Assembly: GCA_965208835.1 (NCBI GenBank)
Contig: OZ242358.1
Location: forward strand, 4,800,001-4,864,000
From: Candidatus Latescibacterota bacterium
GTDB lineage: Bacteria; Latescibacterota; UBA2968; GCA-2709665
DNA length: 64,000 nt
Reading direction: 5' to 3'
Both the position numbers and the translations under genes were made by a program. Within the stretch, counting starts at the first letter, position 1. The number at the start of each line of letters is the position of its first letter. Of the stretch, positions 19,665-28,234 are shown in pieces. Under the pieces are notes generated by a model, which had not been told where the DNA came from, searched no databases, and saw nothing but the letters and a program-made list of their open reading frames with translations.

Positions 19665-20351
19665 TCAGGAGGCCCCGGTTTCGGGTGGCGTCGGATCTAT
19701 TGATTCATGTGATCTTTCCCGGCGCTTCTTTCGTCGCCACAGCCAGTACCCGATCCCTCCAGCCGCCATCAGTACGAGAATCACCCGGTTATAGGTCCGT
19801 AGCGCGTCGACCACCAATCCCCAGTTTTCGCCTACCTTCAGTCCGAAATACACAAGCAGGCTGTTCCAGAGCAGCGTACTGAGGACGACGTACACGAGCA
19901 TCCGAACGGGGTGTATCCGGCTGATGCCGGCGACGATCCCGACAAAGGCGCGCACCGTTGGCAGGAACCGGTTGAAGATGACGATCCGGTCGCCGTACCG
20001 GGAAAAACCCGCCTCCACCCTGTCCAGATTTTTCTCCGAGAAAATCCGGGACCTGAAACCCAGAAAGAACGCGCGACCCTTCCAGTACGCCACCGCGTAT
20101 ACCAGCAGACATCCCAAAGTGCTGCCCAACCACATCGCCAGATACGCCGGAACCAGGTGGACAATACCCATCCCTGCCAGATATGCGCCGAATACGATTA
20201 GGGTATCGCCGGGAATGGGCGGTATCAGATTCTCCAGAAAAGCGCCGAGGAACAAGAAGAAACAGATCAACTCCGGGGGCTGATCGTTCAGAATCAGCAG
20301 AAATTGCTCCCATGCCTGAGACACGAACGAAAGATCGAACGGAAAATCCAA
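19665..20351 (-). CDS. DedA family membrane protein
   Basis: LENLIPPIPGD, RFLPTVR, AGISR motifs; TTG start after AGGGAGG RBS (the ORF-track start lies inside a MITE). Confidence 0.9.
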   Translation of the reverse strand: MDFPFDLSFVSQAWEQFLLILNDQPPELICFFLFLGAFLENLIPPIPGDTLIVFGAYLAGMGIVHLVPAYLAMWLGSTLGCLLVYAVAYWKGRAFFLGFRSRIFSEKNLDRVEAGFSRYGDRIVIFNRFLPTVRAFVGIVAGISRIHPVRMLVYVVLSTLLWNSLLVYFGLKVGENWGLVVDALRTYNRVILVLMAAGGIGYWLWRRKKRRERSHESIDPTPPETGAS

Positions 20352-20364
20352 CCAGCCCTCCCTT

Positions 20365-20514
20365 AACAGCTCGTTGAAAAAGCCCATCCGGGCTACGGCC
20401 GGCCCTTGCGGTCGAAATACTGCGTTGCGCGCCCTCGCCGAATCGCAGGATGGGACTCGGTCGCGCGCCTTGTCTTCGACCTCGCCTGCAGAGCGGCTTT
20501 GTCAACGGACTGCC
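20365..20514. mobile_element. MITE family B copy 2 (150 bp)
   Basis: TIRs AACAGCTCGTTGAAAAAG ... CTTTGTCAACGGACTGCC; shares TCCGGGCTACGGCCGGCCCTTGCGGTCGAAATACTGCGTTGC with copy 1. Confidence 0.8.
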
Positions 20515-20521
20515 AGAAGCT

Positions 20522-21727
20522 CTATGCTGCGTTTTCTCTTACCGGGTCAAGGGGGCCCGCCCCCAGTGACACCAGGGCGACCGCCTGAGCGGCGATTCCC
20601 TGTTCCATTCCTGCAAACCCCAGGCCCTCGGTCGTCGTTGCCTTCACCGACAGCCGTTCCGTCACGATTCCGAGCGCCCCGGCCATCCTTTCACGCATAG
20701 GGGCGGCGTGCGGCGCAAGCTTCGGGCGCTGCGCGATCACGGTGGCATCCACGTTTACAATTTCGGCCGCGTTCTCGCGTGCCAGTTCCGACACTCGCTC
20801 CAGCAGAATCAGACTTGAAATCCCGGCGTATTCCGGATCGTCGTCGGGAAAGTGATCTCCGATATCGCCCAGACACATCGCGCCGAGAACGGCATCCGCA
20901 ACCGCATGGGAAAGCACGTCGGCGTCGGAATGCCCGTGCAGGCCCCGGTCGAACGGAACGGTCACCCCGCCCAGAATCAACGGGCGGCCGGAAACCAACC
21001 TGTGCACGTCGTAACCGTGACCCACGCGGAGATTCGATGGAACGCTCACCGTTCTGGATCTCAGGATCGAATCCGCCATCGCCAGATCCTCGGGCGCAGT
21101 AATTTTAAGATTATCCTCCCGGCCCCCCACCACGTATACCGGCATATTCAGTTGTTCGACAAGCGACGTATCGTCCGTACCTCCATACCCCCTCCGCGCG
21201 GCCTCGCCGTGCGCTTCCCGAAAGATCGTCGCGCGAAACGCCTGCGGGGTCTGAACGCACCACATTCGCGACCGGTCCAGCGTGTGCAGAACCCGTCCGT
21301 CTTCGATCACCTTTACCGTGTCCGTTACGGGCGTACCCAGCACAGCCGAGCCCTTCCTGCGCGCCAGATCGACGACAGCGTCGATCTGTTCGGGCAGTAT
21401 CAGCGGCCGCGCCCCGTCATGGACGGCAATGACACTCGCGGCGGCCGGCACCGCCCCAAGTCCCTCAGCAACGGAGTCCTGACGCCTTTCCCCGCCCGCT
21501 ACAACGGCGGTTACTTTTCCCATGTCCCACCGGCGGACGTCCTCCCGGCATCGATCCACGCGATCCGCCAGCGTGACAAGCACCACGCGGTCGACCTGAC
21601 TCGCGCGTTCGAACGCCGCCAACGCATGGAAAAGCAACGGACGCCCCGCCAGACTCATGAACTGCTTGGGCGGACCGCCACCCATCCGCCGGCCCTGGCC
21701 GGCGGCAAGCACAATGGCGTAGACCAT
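20522..21727 (-). CDS. ispDF: Bifunctional IspD/IspF (MEP cytidylyltransferase / MECDP synthase)
   Basis: LAAGQGRRM, HDGARP, QTPQAF, then GHGYDVH, GHSDADV, KATTTEGLG. Confidence 0.95.
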   Translation of the reverse strand: MVYAIVLAAGQGRRMGGGPPKQFMSLAGRPLLFHALAAFERASQVDRVVLVTLADRVDRCREDVRRWDMGKVTAVVAGGERRQDSVAEGLGAVPAAASVIAVHDGARPLILPEQIDAVVDLARRKGSAVLGTPVTDTVKVIEDGRVLHTLDRSRMWCVQTPQAFRATIFREAHGEAARRGYGGTDDTSLVEQLNMPVYVVGGREDNLKITAPEDLAMADSILRSRTVSVPSNLRVGHGYDVHRLVSGRPLILGGVTVPFDRGLHGHSDADVLSHAVADAVLGAMCLGDIGDHFPDDDPEYAGISSLILLERVSELARENAAEIVNVDATVIAQRPKLAPHAAPMRERMAGALGIVTERLSVKATTTEGLGFAGMEQGIAAQAVALVSLGAGPLDPVRENAA

Positions 21728-21750
21728 AACGACAGACGATTCCTGAACTC

Positions 21751-21780
21751 CGCCGGCAGAGCGACGTTATCAACGGACCC
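21751..21780. mobile_element. Remnant right end of a MITE family B copy
   Basis: CGCCGGCAGAGCGACGTTATCAACGGAC resembles CGCCTGCAGAGCGACTTTATCAACGGAC. Confidence 0.6.
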
Positions 21781-21783
21781 TTA

Positions 21784-21867
21784 GAAGCTGTTTTAAAATT
21801 CCCAGCGGTCTTCGCGCGGCTGCAAAAGCGCCGGTCGGGAACTCACCGGTAATTTTAAAACAGCTTC
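21784..21867 (-). mobile_element. MITE family A copy 4 (84 bp, internally deleted)
   Basis: Perfect 17-bp TIRs; TTA on both flanks; the right TTA is the queA stop codon. Confidence 0.9.
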
Positions 21868-22905
21868 TTAGAGAATCAACATCGCGTCGCCGTAGCTGTA
21901 AAACCGATACCGCTTCCGCACTGCCTCTTCGTACGCCTTCAGTATAAACGCCCGGTCCGCAAATGCGGAAACAAGCATCAGCAGCGTAGAACGGGGAAGA
22001 TGAAAATTCGTCACCAGCGCGTCTATCAGCCTGAACCGGTACGGGGGACAGACAAACAGCCGGGTCCATCCCGAACCGGGATTCAGAGTCCAGCTGTCGC
22101 CCGACTGCGAAGCCGACGACTCCAGCGCGCGCACGGTGGTCGTACCAACTGCGACAACGCGCCCTCCATTCCTCCGGCTTTCGTTCACCTTTTCGGCGGC
22201 GGCGGGTCCGATCTCAAAGTACTCGGCGTCCATTTCGTGCCGGCGCGGGTCCGTCACTTCCACGGGCTTGAACGTCCCCGGACCCACGTGGAGCAGAACG
22301 GGCGCGACTTCCACCCCGGATACACGGATACGTTCCAGCAGATCCGGCGTAAAATGCAGCCCCGCCGTGGGCGCGGCCACGGCCCCGCGGGTTCGCGCGT
22401 AAACCGACTGATATCGTTCCCGATCGGCCGGTTCCTCCTCCCGCCTGATGTATGGCGGCAGCGGGATGCGTCCCCGGCTTTCCAGCACGTCCTCGAGAGA
22501 CGAACCGCCCTTGAACCGGACCATGCGTCGTCCCGAGGGCAGGACCTCGGTCACCTGCGCAACGAGGTCCACGTCCGGAAAGGCCACCTCCGCGCCCTCC
22601 CGAAGCCTGCGGCCGGGACGAGCGAGCACTTCCCAGCATTCTCCGTCGCAACGAACCAGCAATAATTCAACGGATCCGCCCGTGCCGGGACGGTACCCGT
22701 TAAGGCGGGCCGGGAAAACGCGGGTCTCGTTGACGACCAGACAATCACCGGGACGCAGCAGTTCCGGAAACGACCGGAACACCGTATGGTCGATCCGCCC
22801 GGTTTTCCGATCCAGAACCATCAGCCGGGCGGCGTCCCGTTCGGAGGCCGGGTACTGCGCGATCAGTTCCTCGGGAAGCACATAATCGAAGTCGGCGAGG
22901 TCCAT
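21868..22905 (-). CDS. queA: S-adenosylmethionine:tRNA ribosyltransferase-isomerase
   Basis: FDYVLPEELIAQYP, AAPTAGLHF, LHVGPGTF, VGTTTVRALE, FYSYGDAMLI. Confidence 0.96.
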   Translation of the reverse strand: MDLADFDYVLPEELIAQYPASERDAARLMVLDRKTGRIDHTVFRSFPELLRPGDCLVVNETRVFPARLNGYRPGTGGSVELLLVRCDGECWEVLARPGRRLREGAEVAFPDVDLVAQVTEVLPSGRRMVRFKGGSSLEDVLESRGRIPLPPYIRREEEPADRERYQSVYARTRGAVAAPTAGLHFTPDLLERIRVSGVEVAPVLLHVGPGTFKPVEVTDPRRHEMDAEYFEIGPAAAEKVNESRRNGGRVVAVGTTTVRALESSASQSGDSWTLNPGSGWTRLFVCPPYRFRLIDALVTNFHLPRSTLLMLVSAFADRAFILKAYEEAVRKRYRFYSYGDAMLIL

Positions 22906-23024
22906 TGAGCCCGATGTCCGGACACGTTTGTTTACGTTTGGTCGCGCAAAGCAGGATTTTCGGGTCGGCTGCCGGACGGCGACCTCAGGCGGAGTGTGCC
23001 GTTGATGGATTCGCTCGATTCGGG

Positions 23025-23249
23025 TCAGCGACGGGAAATCAGGTTCAGCACGAGCGTAAGGACGATGCTGACCACGATGCACGTCACAACAGGGAAATAG
23101 AATCTGAAACCCTCGCGGCGAACGACGACATCTCCCGGCAAACGCCCTGCAAAAGGTAACCGGTCTCCGATCCAGAGTACCAGGCCCACGGAAAACAGGA
23201 GAATCCCAGCAATCATCAGGACCCTGCCAAAGCCGGAAAACTCGCTCAT
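23025..23249 (-). CDS. DUF2905-like small membrane protein
   Basis: GRLPGDVVVRREGFRFYFPVVTCIVVS pattern, directly upstream of queA. Confidence 0.8.
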   Translation of the reverse strand: MSEFSGFGRVLMIAGILLFSVGLVLWIGDRLPFAGRLPGDVVVRREGFRFYFPVVTCIVVSIVLTLVLNLISRR

Positions 23250-23418
23250 GACGACGACCCTTCACAGAAGTGAAAACTTACAGAATTCTCTATCCGACGT
23301 CAAGGTATTGCGGCCCGAGATGAGGACCCTGAACCAACGGGCGGGCAGCCGGAGCCGGTCGTATCCGCTCTCCGGAATCCCGGATGTGCGACCGGGTCCG
23401 GACCCACGGTTATTGAAG

Positions 23419-23465
23419 AAAAAAACGTGAAACATGCCACACCGCGGGGGCGGGCAGTTTCACGT
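23419..23465 (-). terminator. Intrinsic terminator after the dehydrogenase gene
   Basis: ACGTGAAAC...GTTTCACGT stem followed by a T-run on the minus strand. Confidence 0.65.
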
Positions 23466-23489
23466 CTGTTGGCTGGTGGAGGGTTTCAC

Positions 23490-24524
23490 TCAGGGCGCAA
23501 ATACGACCTTCAATGCCTCCATATTCTCGGCTGCCGCGAAGCCTTTCTCCCAATCCGAAAGGGGCAGTCGGTGTGTAATGATAGGATCCACGTCGATCTT
23601 GCCGTCGGCAATCATCCAGATGGTTTTATCCCAACTCGCGTATTCGGTGGACATGTTGAAAAAGAGCGTTACGACTTTGGTCATCGCCGCGTCCCAGTCC
23701 AGTTGCACGGGTCGCTTTCCTGTGAGGCCGATGCCACATATCCGGCCCCACTTGCATACCAGATCGACAGCCTGGGCAATGGCAGGAGGCGCGCCCGAAC
23801 ACTCGATCACCAGGTCCGCCCCTTTCCCGCCGGTCAATTCCAGGCAGCGCTCCACGGGATCCGCTTCCGCGAAATTCACCACGTGCTCGACGCCCAACCT
23901 GCGCGCCGTCGCCAGGCGCAATTCCTCGTCCGCGGGCGCGCCTACGATCATCACTTCGCGTGCCCCCGCCACCCGGGCAACCTGTGCGGCCAGCAGGCCG
24001 ATAGGCCCCGGCCCCAGAACCACCACGAAATCGCCCACCTCGATCGCCTGCCGATCGATGATATCCGTTACCGTGTTGGCCGCCGGTTCAACCAGCGCAC
24101 CCTGCTCGAAAGTCATATGGTCCGGAATCCGGTGCAACAGGTTCGTGGGATATTTCATGAATCTCGTAAACGCGCCGTCGATTCCCCAGCCTGGCGATCG
24201 TTTCTCCAGGCAGTTCTGAATGTGACCCTTTCGACAGAGGAAACACTTGCCGCAGTGCAATGTATGCGGCTCCCCAACCACGCGGTCGCCCACCTTCCAG
24301 TCCGATACCGATCTTCCGGCCTCTACGATCTCGCCCGAGAATTCATGGCCCAGGATCACCGGCGGCCAGTACGGAAATGTATCGTGTTTCACGTGTACAT
24401 CCGTTCCGCAGATGCCTGCCGCCTTAATCTCTATCAGAACCTCGTCGTCCGTAATTTCGGGCTCCGGCACGTCCTGCAATTCCAGAAATCCAACGCCCCG
24501 TTTGGTCTTGACAACTGCCTCCAT
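23490..24524 (-). CDS. Zinc-dependent alcohol/polyol dehydrogenase (MDR)
   Basis: GICGTD, GHE, CGKCFLC...C, GPGPIG. Confidence 0.9.
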   Translation of the reverse strand: MEAVVKTKRGVGFLELQDVPEPEITDDEVLIEIKAAGICGTDVHVKHDTFPYWPPVILGHEFSGEIVEAGRSVSDWKVGDRVVGEPHTLHCGKCFLCRKGHIQNCLEKRSPGWGIDGAFTRFMKYPTNLLHRIPDHMTFEQGALVEPAANTVTDIIDRQAIEVGDFVVVLGPGPIGLLAAQVARVAGAREVMIVGAPADEELRLATARRLGVEHVVNFAEADPVERCLELTGGKGADLVIECSGAPPAIAQAVDLVCKWGRICGIGLTGKRPVQLDWDAAMTKVVTLFFNMSTEYASWDKTIWMIADGKIDVDPIITHRLPLSDWEKGFAAAENMEALKVVFAP

Positions 24525-24686
24525 AATCCACTCCTTTTATATTGAATCGTCGTAATTTCTCATTGCCGGCCGGGGTAAAGAAACGCAAGGCCGCGATTCG
24601 CAAGCCTGGGGATCGCTGGTTTTATGCCGAACACGGAAATGGGGTGAATTACCACGAAAAAGGCGCACGCACGACGCGAATTAACC

Positions 24687-24715
24687 TTGAAATAACAGGT
24701 AGGATACTGTATAAT
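24687..24715 (+). promoter_or_regulatory. Near-consensus sigma70 promoter with no adjacent sense ORF
   Basis: TTGAAA-17 bp-TATAAT. Confidence 0.55.
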
Positions 24716-24774
24716 CAATTTCACGTCGCGGCCGACCGGAATTCACCGGTCGGCTGATCCGGTTGTAACCGCTG

Positions 24775-24966
24775 TCAGCCGCAATCCAGACAACGGACTT
24801 CGTCAAAAATCCGGTCCTGCTCATCCGGTTCGTCAATTGCAAAATTAACCAGGCAGCGCACGGCCTTGGAAGCGTCTTCGAGACGGTATCGGGCGGCGAC
24901 TTCGTCCAGAAACGCCATCTGGTGTGTTTCCAGCGAAATCTCGAAGGTCTGCTTATCTTTAAACAC
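24775..24966 (-). CDS. Small hypothetical protein (RHH-like, C-terminal CxxC)
   Basis: 63 aa, GGGAGG RBS, own promoter at 25248-25276. Confidence 0.65.
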   Translation of the reverse strand: MFKDKQTFEISLETHQMAFLDEVAARYRLEDASKAVRCLVNFAIDEPDEQDRIFDEVRCLDCG

Positions 24967-24984
24967 GCCAGCACCTCCCTGTTA

Positions 24985-25194
24985 AAAGCTGTTTTAAGAT
25001 TACCGGTGCGCTCCCGAGCGCGAGCGAAAAAGTGGCGGTTACGAGGCGCGAGGGGCGCGCAGCGCCGACGGGAAAATCCGGCTATGAGAGGCGAGCAAGC
25101 GCAGCATCGATCTCGTAAGACGGGTGGGTTTGACCAACGCCGACCGACGCTTTTGCAGCCGCGCGAAGACCGCTGGGAGTTTTAAGACAGCTTC
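24985..25194 (+). mobile_element. MITE family A copy 5 (210 bp)
   Basis: Slightly degenerate TIRs; interior collinear with copy 1. Confidence 0.88.
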
Positions 25195-25247
25195 TGATAA
25201 CGGATTCCACCGTATTGCGCGAAATAACCCTGCGATTTCGATTTTTC

Positions 25248-25276
25248 ATGATAGGGTTTCCGCAGTGTATTGTCAA
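25248..25276 (-). promoter_or_regulatory. Sigma70-type promoter for the small CxxC gene
   Basis: TTGACA-17 bp-TATCAT on the minus strand. Confidence 0.6.
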
Positions 25277-25375
25277 TGGGGATTCATCTTTCCGCACCCG
25301 TTCCTGCCGGACCGGCCGGCACCCGGAAATCCTTAGCGACGTCAGGTGGAATTCTGATCGCCGACGCCCGATTTC

Positions 25376-28234
25376 ATGTCTATACTTGACTCCTTCATCG
25401 CCATCGATCTCGAGACCTCCGGGCTCGAACCCCCGGGCGCCGAAATCCTGGAAATCGGCGCGGCTCGGGTGGAGAACGGCAAGATCGTCGACCGTTTCCA
25501 ATCTTACGTCAAACCCGTGGGCGACATCCCTGACGAGATCGTCCGCCTCACCGGGATAACCTTGGAAACTGTCAGCAATGCGCAGCCGATCGACGCCGTC
25601 TTCGGTCGATTCCGGAGTTTTGTGTCCGACGTGCCCCTGATCGCCCACCAGGGCCGCTTTGAATCCCGCTTTCTTGACGCCGCTGGCGATTCCCCCATTG
25701 CCAATTCGGTGCACGGCGTCCGCGAACTCGCCCGCGCAGCTCTCCCCACCCTCCACGACCATCGCGTTGAGACCCTGGCCGGACACTTCACCATACATTG
25801 CGACACGCCCCATAAAGCCCTGACCGACGCGGAAACCCTTGCGGGGATCTACCTCAAACTCGTAGAACTGCTCCGATCCGTATCGCTGCAATTGAAACAG
25901 CAGATGCTTCGATTGCTGCAGGGCTCCGGATCCGATCTGCTTCCCATTCTGGTCGAATTGGCGAGCGAAGGCGCGAGGAAGGAATTTCTGAGCTCGAAGC
26001 CGGGGGGCGGGTTACCGGACGCTCCGCTGTTCAATGCCGGAGGGGAGGCGCGTCAGATTCAGCGAGACCCTTCCGATGAGCCGCTGGACGTATCGGCGGT
26101 CTGCGACATGCTGAAGCCCGGCGGATGCTTCGAGGAGGGAATCTCCGGGTATGAATTCCGTCCCCAGCAGGTCGAAATGGCGCAGGCGGTAACCGAAGCC
26201 ATCAACAACGGGCGGCACCTGGCCGTGGAAGCCGGTACGGGCGTGGGTAAGTCGATCGCCTACCTCGCGCCGGCCATACTATATTCCGTACAAAACAACA
26301 TTCGATTCATCGTGTCGACCAACACCAAGAACCTCCAAGAGCAACTTTTCTATAAGGATCTTCCGTCGCTCGCGGCGATCCTGGACGTGCCTTTCCACTT
26401 CGCACTGCTCAAGGGTCGCAATAACTATTTGTGCCTGAACAGATGGGAATCCGCACTGGCCAATCCGGACGCAAGCTTCACGCAGAACGAACGCATCGGC
26501 GCCCTGCCCCTGGTGCTTTGGGCGGAAACAACAAAAACGGGAGACATCACCGAAAATACCGCATTCAACGCGGCGCGGCACGCCAGCCTTTGGGCCAAGA
26601 TCTGTTCCGACCCGGGCTTTTGCCGCAGCCAGCGGTGCCGCAACAACGGCCGGTGTTTTGCGAACAACATTCGGAGAACCTCCGCACGGGCGCATATGGT
26701 GGTAATCAATCATTCGTTGCTCTTCTCCGACCTCGTCACCGAAAACGCGATCCTCGGTGAGTACTCCCACCTGGTCCTGGACGAGGCGCACAACCTTGAG
26801 AAAGTCGCCGCGCACTACCTGGGCAGGGAACTCAGCATCTGGCGGGTCAGAAACATCACCGACCAGTTGTGCGGACCGGGTACGTCGGACGCGGGTACGC
26901 TGCCTGCCCTGAGACACTGGATTGCAGTTGCGGATCCCGAACCTGCAACAGTCAGAGCCTTTGACGCCGGAATCAAATCCGCGACGGCCGCGACGGAGGA
27001 CCTGTGGCTGCGTGCCAGGGCCTTTTTTGAAGACCTTACGCAGCACCTCGTGCAACAGACGGGGAGGCCGGGAAGCGCGTACAGAGAGAAGATTCGCTAT
27101 CGGCCTGGCGAATCCACCTTCGACGCCCTGACGGAATCGCTGGACCCGTTTTCGCATGCCCTGGGCGCGCTATGCAGCCGGCTCACGGACCTCTCGGACT
27201 GGCTTCGAGACCTGCCCGGGCACACGTTTGTAAACCAGGACGAGATCTGCAACGAACTTGGCGGGTGCATCGAGACCACCCAATCCGTTCTTGAAGACCT
27301 GAATGAACTCATCGCCGCCAGCGATGAAAACGCCGTCTACTGGCTGGAATTGCCCGGCCGGGAAAAAAGCGCCGACACCCGCCTCTTTTCCGCGCCACTG
27401 GATGTTTCCGAGATGTTGAACGGCGGACTGTACGAAGGCAAGTCCTCGATCGTATTCACGTCCGCCACGCTGGGCATCCGGGGCAAGCTGACCTATTTTC
27501 TCCGGCGCGCGGGCCTGGAGTCCATGCCCGGGACCCGCCTTCAGACCCTCTGCCTGGGCTCCCCTTTCGACTATCGAAAACAGGCTCTCGTGTGCGCGCC
27601 GCGCTTCATGCCGTCGCCCAAATCAGCCGAATATCAGGACGCCGTTGCCACGCTGCTGCACAAACTGGCGCTGAAGACGAAACGGGGTACTCTGGCCCTT
27701 TTCACGTCCTACGGAATGCTGAACCGTACATACGATGCCATCAAGCCCGACCTGCGCTCCAACGGCGTTCTCGTACTTGGACAGGGTATCGACGGCTCCC
27801 GAACCAATATCACCGACCGGTTCAAGCTCGAAGAATCCGCGGTGCTTCTGGGAACCGACAGCTTCTGGGAGGGCATTGACGTACCCGGCAACGCGCTCCA
27901 GGTTCTGGGGATTGTGCGTCTGCCATTCGCCGTGCCATCCGAACCACTCGTAGCGGCGCATATCGAGGAACTCGAAAAACAGGGCAAAGATCCGTTCCTG
28001 AATTATTCCGTGCCGGAGGCCATTCTGAAGTTCCGGCAGGGCTTCGGGCGACTTATCCGCAACAAGACCGACCGGGGCGCAGTCGTCGTGCTGGACAGCA
28101 GGGTGCTGAGCACCCGTTACGGACGGGCGTTTCTGGAGGCCCTGCCGGTGGGACATCATGCATTCAACACCCAGGACGAGATGATCGGCGCCATCGCCGA
28201 CTGGTTTGAAGATACAAACGGAACGAGCCATTGA
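25376..28234 (+). CDS. dinG: DnaQ-like exonuclease / DinG family helicase fusion
   Basis: DLETSG, HKALTD, EAGTGVGKS, Fe-S cysteines, DEAH, QGFGRLIR. Confidence 0.9.
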   Translation: MSILDSFIAIDLETSGLEPPGAEILEIGAARVENGKIVDRFQSYVKPVGDIPDEIVRLTGITLETVSNAQPIDAVFGRFRSFVSDVPLIAHQGRFESRFLDAAGDSPIANSVHGVRELARAALPTLHDHRVETLAGHFTIHCDTPHKALTDAETLAGIYLKLVELLRSVSLQLKQQMLRLLQGSGSDLLPILVELASEGARKEFLSSKPGGGLPDAPLFNAGGEARQIQRDPSDEPLDVSAVCDMLKPGGCFEEGISGYEFRPQQVEMAQAVTEAINNGRHLAVEAGTGVGKSIAYLAPAILYSVQNNIRFIVSTNTKNLQEQLFYKDLPSLAAILDVPFHFALLKGRNNYLCLNRWESALANPDASFTQNERIGALPLVLWAETTKTGDITENTAFNAARHASLWAKICSDPGFCRSQRCRNNGRCFANNIRRTSARAHMVVINHSLLFSDLVTENAILGEYSHLVLDEAHNLEKVAAHYLGRELSIWRVRNITDQLCGPGTSDAGTLPALRHWIAVADPEPATVRAFDAGIKSATAATEDLWLRARAFFEDLTQHLVQQTGRPGSAYREKIRYRPGESTFDALTESLDPFSHALGALCSRLTDLSDWLRDLPGHTFVNQDEICNELGGCIETTQSVLEDLNELIAASDENAVYWLELPGREKSADTRLFSAPLDVSEMLNGGLYEGKSSIVFTSATLGIRGKLTYFLRRAGLESMPGTRLQTLCLGSPFDYRKQALVCAPRFMPSPKSAEYQDAVATLLHKLALKTKRGTLALFTSYGMLNRTYDAIKPDLRSNGVLVLGQGIDGSRTNITDRFKLEESAVLLGTDSFWEGIDVPGNALQVLGIVRLPFAVPSEPLVAAHIEELEKQGKDPFLNYSVPEAILKFRQGFGRLIRNKTDRGAVVVLDSRVLSTRYGRAFLEALPVGHHAFNTQDEMIGAIADWFEDTNGTSH

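Noticed and set aside
24752-24790. TGA after CLDCG followed by a hairpin, as a second possible selenocysteine site
   Set aside because: The TGA does not replace a motif Cys (the CxxC is complete), read-through adds only a short tail, and the hairpin is more simply a terminator-like structure.
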